The position numbers and the translations under genes were made by a program. Below the pieces are notes generated by a model. It ran no database searches and had not been told where the DNA came from. It saw only the letters and a list, made by a program, of their open reading frames with translations. 64,000 nucleotides of DNA, from assembly GCA_035281505.1 (NCBI GenBank), contig DATEDT010000114.1, forward strand, positions 5,488-69,487. Reading direction: 5' to 3'. Numbering within the stretch: position 1 is the first letter of the stretch; each line of letters begins with the position of its first letter. The DNA comes from Aeromicrobium sp. (lineage in GTDB: Bacteria > Actinomycetota > Actinomycetes > Propionibacteriales > Nocardioidaceae). Shown here in pieces: positions 59,640 through 64,000 of this stretch.

Positions 59640-60586
59640 CTTCACCCAAGTCGCTCAGGCTGGGCACCCGCGCCAGCGCGCTCGCCACCACCCAGTCCCA
59701 GCACATCGCCGACCGCCTTCGTATCGAAGCGGGCGTCGACGTCGAGCTGGTCACCATCTCCACCGAAGGCGATCGCGACCAGACCACGCCACTTGCGGCC
59801 CTCGGCGGTCAGGGCGTCTTCGTGGCCGCGCTGCGCGAAGCCGTCGCCTCGGGTGAGGTGGATTTCGCCGTTCATTCCCTGAAGGACCTCCCGACGACGC
59901 CGGACCCACGGCTCACCGTGGCCGCCATCCCGTCCCGTGAAGACCCGCGCGACGCCGTTGTCGCCCGCGGCAACCTGACGTTGGGCGAACTGCCGGCCGG
60001 CTCGACCGTCGGAACCGGTTCGCCCCGCCGCACCGCCCAGCTCAACGCGCTGGGATTGGGCCTCACGATCGTCCCGATCCGGGGCAACGTCGACACCCGA
60101 ATCGGCAAGGTGCACAACGGCGACGTCGACGCAGTGGTCCTCGCCTTGGCCGGCCTCAAGCGTCTGGGTCGCGCCGACGAGGCCTCCGAGCTGCTGGACC
60201 CGCTCCTGATTCTTCCCGCGCCGGGCCAAGGTGCCTTGGCCTGTGAGTGCCGCGCCGACGACGGCGCGACTGCTCAAGTTCTCGCCGTGCTCGACGACAC
60301 CGAAACCCGGTCCGCCGTCACGGCCGAGCGCAGTCTCCTCGCCACGCTCGAGGCAGGCTGCTCCGCACCCGTCGGAGCGCTCGCCGACGTCGCCATCGGC
60401 GACGACGGCGACGAGCTTTGGCTACGCGCCGTCGTGGCCGATGTCTCCGGCACCCCATCCATCCGCCTGTCCGCGACCGGGTCACCCGATGACGCCGCCG
60501 CGGTCGGCGAACAGCTCGCTGCCGAGTTGCTCGCCGAAGGTGCGTCCGCCCTCACCACACCCGTAGGTGCAGGTACCGCCTCATGA
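59636..60586 (+). CDS. hemC: Hydroxymethylbilane synthase
   Basis: Motifs '[14 protein letters not shown]', 'RGNVDTR' and '[10 protein letters not shown]'. ATGA overlap with hemA. Confidence 0.93.
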   Translation: MTSPKSLRLGTRASALATTQSQHIADRLRIEAGVDVELVTISTEGDRDQTTPLAALGGQGVFVAALREAVASGEVDFAVHSLKDLPTTPDPRLTVAAIPSREDPRDAVVARGNLTLGELPAGSTVGTGSPRRTAQLNALGLGLTIVPIRGNVDTRIGKVHNGDVDAVVLALAGLKRLGRADEASELLDPLLILPAPGQGALACECRADDGATAQVLAVLDDTETRSAVTAERSLLATLEAGCSAPVGALADVAIGDDGDELWLRAVVADVSGTPSIRLSATGSPDDAAAVGEQLAAELLAEGASALTTPVGAGTAS

Positions 60587-62241
60587 CCGAACGGCAGACC
60601 AGAAAGAAGACCATGACTACGGACCTCGTCGACACCATCGCGAGCCCCACCGCCCGGCGCTCAACCAAGTCACAGGTGAAAGGGCACGTCAGCTTCGTAG
60701 GGACGGGGCCCGGCGATGCCAGCCTCCTCACCGTGCGCGCGGCCGACCTGCTGCGTCAGGCTGACGTCGTCGTCACCGAACTCCCCGAACAGGCCGGCTT
60801 GGTCGACGCTGACATCGAGATCGTCGACGGAAGCGTCGGCGAGGACGGCGAGCAGCTCACCCACGTCGCCCGCGCTCGGCTCGTCACGAAGCTCGCGAAG
60901 TCCGGCGCGCACGTGGTGCGCCTGATCACCGGCGACCCGTTCACGTACTCGACGTGCCCGGAGGAGGCCGCGGCGTGCGCCAAGGCCGGCATCGGGTTCG
61001 AGATCGTGCCCGGGGTCTCCTCGGTCGCTGCTGTCCCGGCCTACGCCGGCGTCCCGCTGACCAACCGCTCGAACCGCACCTACGAGGTGGTGAGCGTCGG
61101 CGACGCGACCATCGACTGGTCCAAGCATGCCGCGGTGGACACGCTGGTCCTCCTCTCGGCGGTCGGCCGGATCGCCGAGGTGGCCGACGGGCTCGTCGAA
61201 GCCGGTTGGTCGGCCGACACCCCGGTCGCCATGACCCGGGTCGGCACCACGACCGACCAGGCCACGGTCGTCTCCACCCTGTCCGGCATCGCCAAGGATG
61301 CGGCTGCCGCCGGCATGGCCGCGCCGGCGATCACCGTCGTCGGCCAGGTCGTCACGATGCGCGAGACGCTGTCCTGGTTCGAGACCAAGCCGCTCTACGG
61401 CTGGCGTGTGCTCGTGCCGCGTACCAAGGAGCAGGCCGCAGGGCTTGCCGCCCGCCTGCGCTCCTACGGCGCGGTCGGCGAGGAGGTTCCGACGATCTCG
61501 GTCGAGCCGCCGCGCAACCCCCAGCAGATCGACAAGGCCGTCCGAGGCCTTGTCGAGGGGCGCTACGAGTGGGTGGCGTTCACCAGCGTCAACGCCGTCA
61601 AGGCCGTCCGCGAGAAGTTCGAGGAGTACGGGCTCGACGCCCGCGCCTTCTCCGGCCTGAAGATCGCCGCGGTCGGCGACAAGACGGCCGAGGCCATCGA
61701 GACGTGGGGCATCAAGCCCGATCTCATCCCGTCCGGCGAGCAGTCGGCCAAGGGGCTGCTCGACGACTGGCCGCCGTACGACGAGCTGCTGGACCCGATC
61801 AACCGGGTCTTCTTGCCGCGCGCCGACATCGCCACCGAGACCTTGGTCGCCGGCCTGATCGAGCTCGGCTGGGAGGTCGACGACGTGACGGCCTACCGCA
61901 CGGTGCGTGCTGCGCCGCCGCCGGCGCCGACCCGCGAGGCGATCAAGGGCGGCAAGTTCGACGCGGTCCTGTTCACCTCCAGCTCGACGGTGCGCAACCT
62001 CGTCGGAATCGCCGGCAAGCCGCACCCGTCCACGATCATCGCGTGCATCGGGCCGGCCACGGCCAAGACCGCCGAGGAGCACGGACTGCGGGTCGACGTC
62101 CTCGCCGAGAAGCCGGCTGTCGACATCCTGATCGATGCGCTCGCCGAGTTCGGTGCGGCCCGTCGGCTGTCGTTCCTTGAGGCCGGTGAGGCTGTTCTGC
62201 GTCCGTCGCAGCGCCGTCCCACGGCACGCCGGAAGGCCTGA
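60583..62241 (+). CDS. Bifunctional uroporphyrinogen-III C-methyltransferase / uroporphyrinogen-III synthase
   Basis: 552 aa. The N-terminal half has '[18 protein letters not shown]', 'VRLITGDPF' and '[16 protein letters not shown]'. The C-terminal half is HemD-like. Confidence 0.88.
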   Translation: MTERQTRKKTMTTDLVDTIASPTARRSTKSQVKGHVSFVGTGPGDASLLTVRAADLLRQADVVVTELPEQAGLVDADIEIVDGSVGEDGEQLTHVARARLVTKLAKSGAHVVRLITGDPFTYSTCPEEAAACAKAGIGFEIVPGVSSVAAVPAYAGVPLTNRSNRTYEVVSVGDATIDWSKHAAVDTLVLLSAVGRIAEVADGLVEAGWSADTPVAMTRVGTTTDQATVVSTLSGIAKDAAAAGMAAPAITVVGQVVTMRETLSWFETKPLYGWRVLVPRTKEQAAGLAARLRSYGAVGEEVPTISVEPPRNPQQIDKAVRGLVEGRYEWVAFTSVNAVKAVREKFEEYGLDARAFSGLKIAAVGDKTAEAIETWGIKPDLIPSGEQSAKGLLDDWPPYDELLDPINRVFLPRADIATETLVAGLIELGWEVDDVTAYRTVRAAPPPAPTREAIKGGKFDAVLFTSSSTVRNLVGIAGKPHPSTIIACIGPATAKTAEEHGLRVDVLAEKPAVDILIDALAEFGAARRLSFLEAGEAVLRPSQRRPTARRKA

Positions 62242-62243
62242 GC

Positions 62244-63224
62244 ATGGGCGACCAGCCGGTGATCCGGCCCCGGCGGCTTCGGTCGTCGGAGGCGGTGCGT
62301 CGGCTGGTGCGTGAGACGGAGGTCTCCGCCCGGCAGCTGATCCTGCCGCTGTTCGTGGTCGAGGGGCTGGTCGAGCCCCGGCCGGTACCCAGCATGCCCG
62401 GAGTCGTCCAGCACTCGCGCGAGTCCCTGCGCAAGGCGATTGCCGAAGCGGCGACCCTCGGACTGGGCGGCGTCATGCTGTTCGGCATCCCGGAGAAGAA
62501 GGACGCCACCGGCTCGCGGGCGCTGCGCCCCGACGGCATCCTGAACGCGGCGATCGCCGACGCGCGCGCCGAAGTCGGCGATGACCTCGTCGTCATGTCC
62601 GACCTGTGCCTCGATGAGTTCACCGAGCACGGGCACTGTGGCCTCATCGACTCCGAGGGAAACGTCCTGAACGACGCCACCCTGGAGGTCTACGCGCAGA
62701 TGGCGCAGGTGCAGGCCGCGGCCGGCGCTCACTTCGTCGGCCCCAGCGGCATGCAGGACGGGCAGGTCGCCGCGGTCCGCACGGCGCTGGATGCGGCGAA
62801 CTTCAGCACGGTCGGCATCCTGGCGTACGCCGCGAAGTATGCCTCGGCGTTCTACGGCCCGTTCCGTGACGCCGTGAACAGCTCGCTCGAGGGCGATCGC
62901 CGGACCTACCAGCAGGACCCGGCGAACCGCCGCGAGGCAATGCGTGAGGCGCTGCTGGATGTCGCCGAGGGCGCGGACATCGTCATGGTCAAGCCGGCGC
63001 TCGGCTATCTCGACATCGTCGCCGACATCCGGGCGGCCGTCGATGTGCCGGTTGCGGCCTACAACGTCTCCGGCGAGTACGCCATGGTGGAGGCGGCCGC
63101 CGCGCAGGGCTGGATCGACCGCGAACGGGCGATCACCGAGACGGTGACGTCAATCCACCGGGCCGGCGCCGATATCGTGCTGACCTACTGGGCCGCTGAG
63201 CTGGCCCGCCGCGCGCCACGCTGA
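62244..63224 (+). CDS. hemB: Porphobilinogen synthase
   Basis: 326 aa with 'GPSGMQDGQV', active-site region 'IVMVKPALGYLDI', and 'AYNVSGEYAM'. Confidence 0.95.
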   Translation: MGDQPVIRPRRLRSSEAVRRLVRETEVSARQLILPLFVVEGLVEPRPVPSMPGVVQHSRESLRKAIAEAATLGLGGVMLFGIPEKKDATGSRALRPDGILNAAIADARAEVGDDLVVMSDLCLDEFTEHGHCGLIDSEGNVLNDATLEVYAQMAQVQAAAGAHFVGPSGMQDGQVAAVRTALDAANFSTVGILAYAAKYASAFYGPFRDAVNSSLEGDRRTYQQDPANRREAMREALLDVAEGADIVMVKPALGYLDIVADIRAAVDVPVAAYNVSGEYAMVEAAAAQGWIDRERAITETVTSIHRAGADIVLTYWAAELARRAPR

Positions 63225-63234
63225 GTCGCGGTCG

Positions 63235-64000
63235 TCACTTCTTGCCGGTGAGGCCGTCGACCACGTCGTCGACCACGTCGCCGAGGTCCTTCTTGTCGTC
63301 CTCGTCGTCCTCGTCGTCGTCGTCCTTGTCGTCGTCGTCGCCGGTGACGCTGTCGAGGACGTCGTCGAGTCCGTCGCCGAGGTCCTTCTTGTTGTCGCCG
63401 TCGGAGTCGCCGTCGCCGTCGTCGCCGCCATCGGAGCCGCCGTCACCCGAGCCACCATCGGTGGAACCGCCGCCGCCGGTCGAGCCGCCGCCGGTCGAGC
63501 CGCCACCGTTCTTCGAGTCGTTCTGCTTTTCCCGCTCTTCTTCCTCTTCGGCCTCTTCGTCGGCCTCTTCCTGCTCCTCGCGGGCTTCGTCGCGCTCCTC
63601 GTCCGACAGCGTCTGGTCGAAGGCCTGGCTGGTGAGGATGGCCGACGTCGAGTAGCCGTCCGGTGTCTGCGAGTAGAGGCCGTTGGCGTAGGACGACGAG
63701 ACCTTCATGACCAGGTCGACGTAGGAAGCGGTGCTGTTGTACCGCTGCACGGCCGAACGCGCGTCTGCGGCTGTTGACAGGTCGCCGGTGCCCGAGCAGA
63801 GGAACACGCCGGCCGTCGTTGCCGCGTCATCGATGTCTTGGGGGTCTTCCTTGCCATCGTTGTCCGAATCGATGGCCGTCTTCTTCCAGATGTCCGGAAG
63901 GATCTGGAACGGGCCGACCGGCCGGTCGAAGCTGGAATCCTCGTCGAAAACGCCCTTGTCAGTGTCAGCGACCTTCTTGCTGCCCTTGGTGCCGTCGAGC
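63235..64000 (-). CDS. Lytic-transglycosylase-like protein with highly acidic repetitive C-terminal tail (5' end outside window)
   Basis: The frame stays open to the window edge. My translation of 63808-63999 gives '...GPFQILPDIWKKTAIDSDNDGKEDPQDIDDAATTAGVFLC', which is MltB/SLT-type. The C-terminal ~125 aa is a Glu block, a Gly/Ser/Asp block, and two 'KKDLGDxxDDVxDxxTG' units. Confidence 0.55.
   Translation of the reverse strand, partial: LDGTKGSKKVADTDKGVFDEDSSFDRPVGPFQILPDIWKKTAIDSDNDGKEDPQDIDDAATTAGVFLCSGTGDLSTAADARSAVQRYNSTASYVDLVMKVSSSYANGLYSQTPDGYSTSAILTSQAFDQTLSDEERDEAREEQEEADEEAEEEEEREKQNDSKNGGGSTGGGSTGGGGSTDGGSGDGGSDGGDDGDGDSDGDNKKDLGDGLDDVLDSVTGDDDDKDDDDEDDEDDKKDLGDVVDDVVDGLTGKK
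63276..63392. repeat. 21-nt perfect direct repeat, two copies 96 nt apart
   Basis: 'cgtcgccgaggtccttcttgt' occurs at 63276-63296 and 63372-63392, encoding the repeated KKDLGD motif on the minus strand. Confidence 0.85.

Overview
Very GC-rich actinobacterial core-chromosome segment (hand-counted 100-nt blocks in most genes are 72-78% G+C). It holds about 64 tightly packed protein genes, many with ATGA/GTGA start-stop overlaps. I recognised no rRNA, tRNA, CRISPR array, transposase, integrase or phage gene. Gene order: 3' end of cobN plus cobF; a few regulators and small enzymes; an epimerase / UPF0104 membrane protein / GT2 polyprenyl-phosphate-sugar locus; an EthA/EthR-like monooxygenase-TetR pair. 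A long block follows that, from my memory of synteny, is colinear with M. tuberculosis Rv3628 to Rv3585: ppa, dacB, Zn-protease, tilS, hpt, ftsH, folE-P-B-K, DUF3180, DUF2520, panC, panD, coaX, lysS, clpC1, mutY, radA. A second block is colinear with Rv0495c to Rv0512 and the Streptomyces bdtA-bldN-rex-hem region: Cys-rich protein, ppx, sugar isomerase, proC, deacetylase, excisionase-type HTH, bS22, epimerase, acyltransferase, anti-sigma/ECF sigma, HAD, fadD, glutaredoxin-like, rex-hemA-hemC-cobA/hemD-hemB. The interesting parts are the departures from this conserved order. (1) An orphan NuoD homologue is translationally coupled to a MidA/NDUFAF7-type methyltransferase, wedged between the folate and pantothenate operons next to an unusually AT-rich, heavily structured spacer. 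(2) A sulfotransferase-like gene and two glycosyltransferases surround lysS where lsr2 normally sits. (3) A MarR gene is paired with a rifampin-phosphotransferase-architecture gene. (4) Several proteins carry striking low-complexity extensions. I do not see a defence island, biosynthetic gene cluster or mobile element, and I cannot honestly claim a clear new multi-gene system. The NuoD-like/methyltransferase pair is the best candidate for unexplored biology. All family calls rest on motif recognition by eye, with no searches run.
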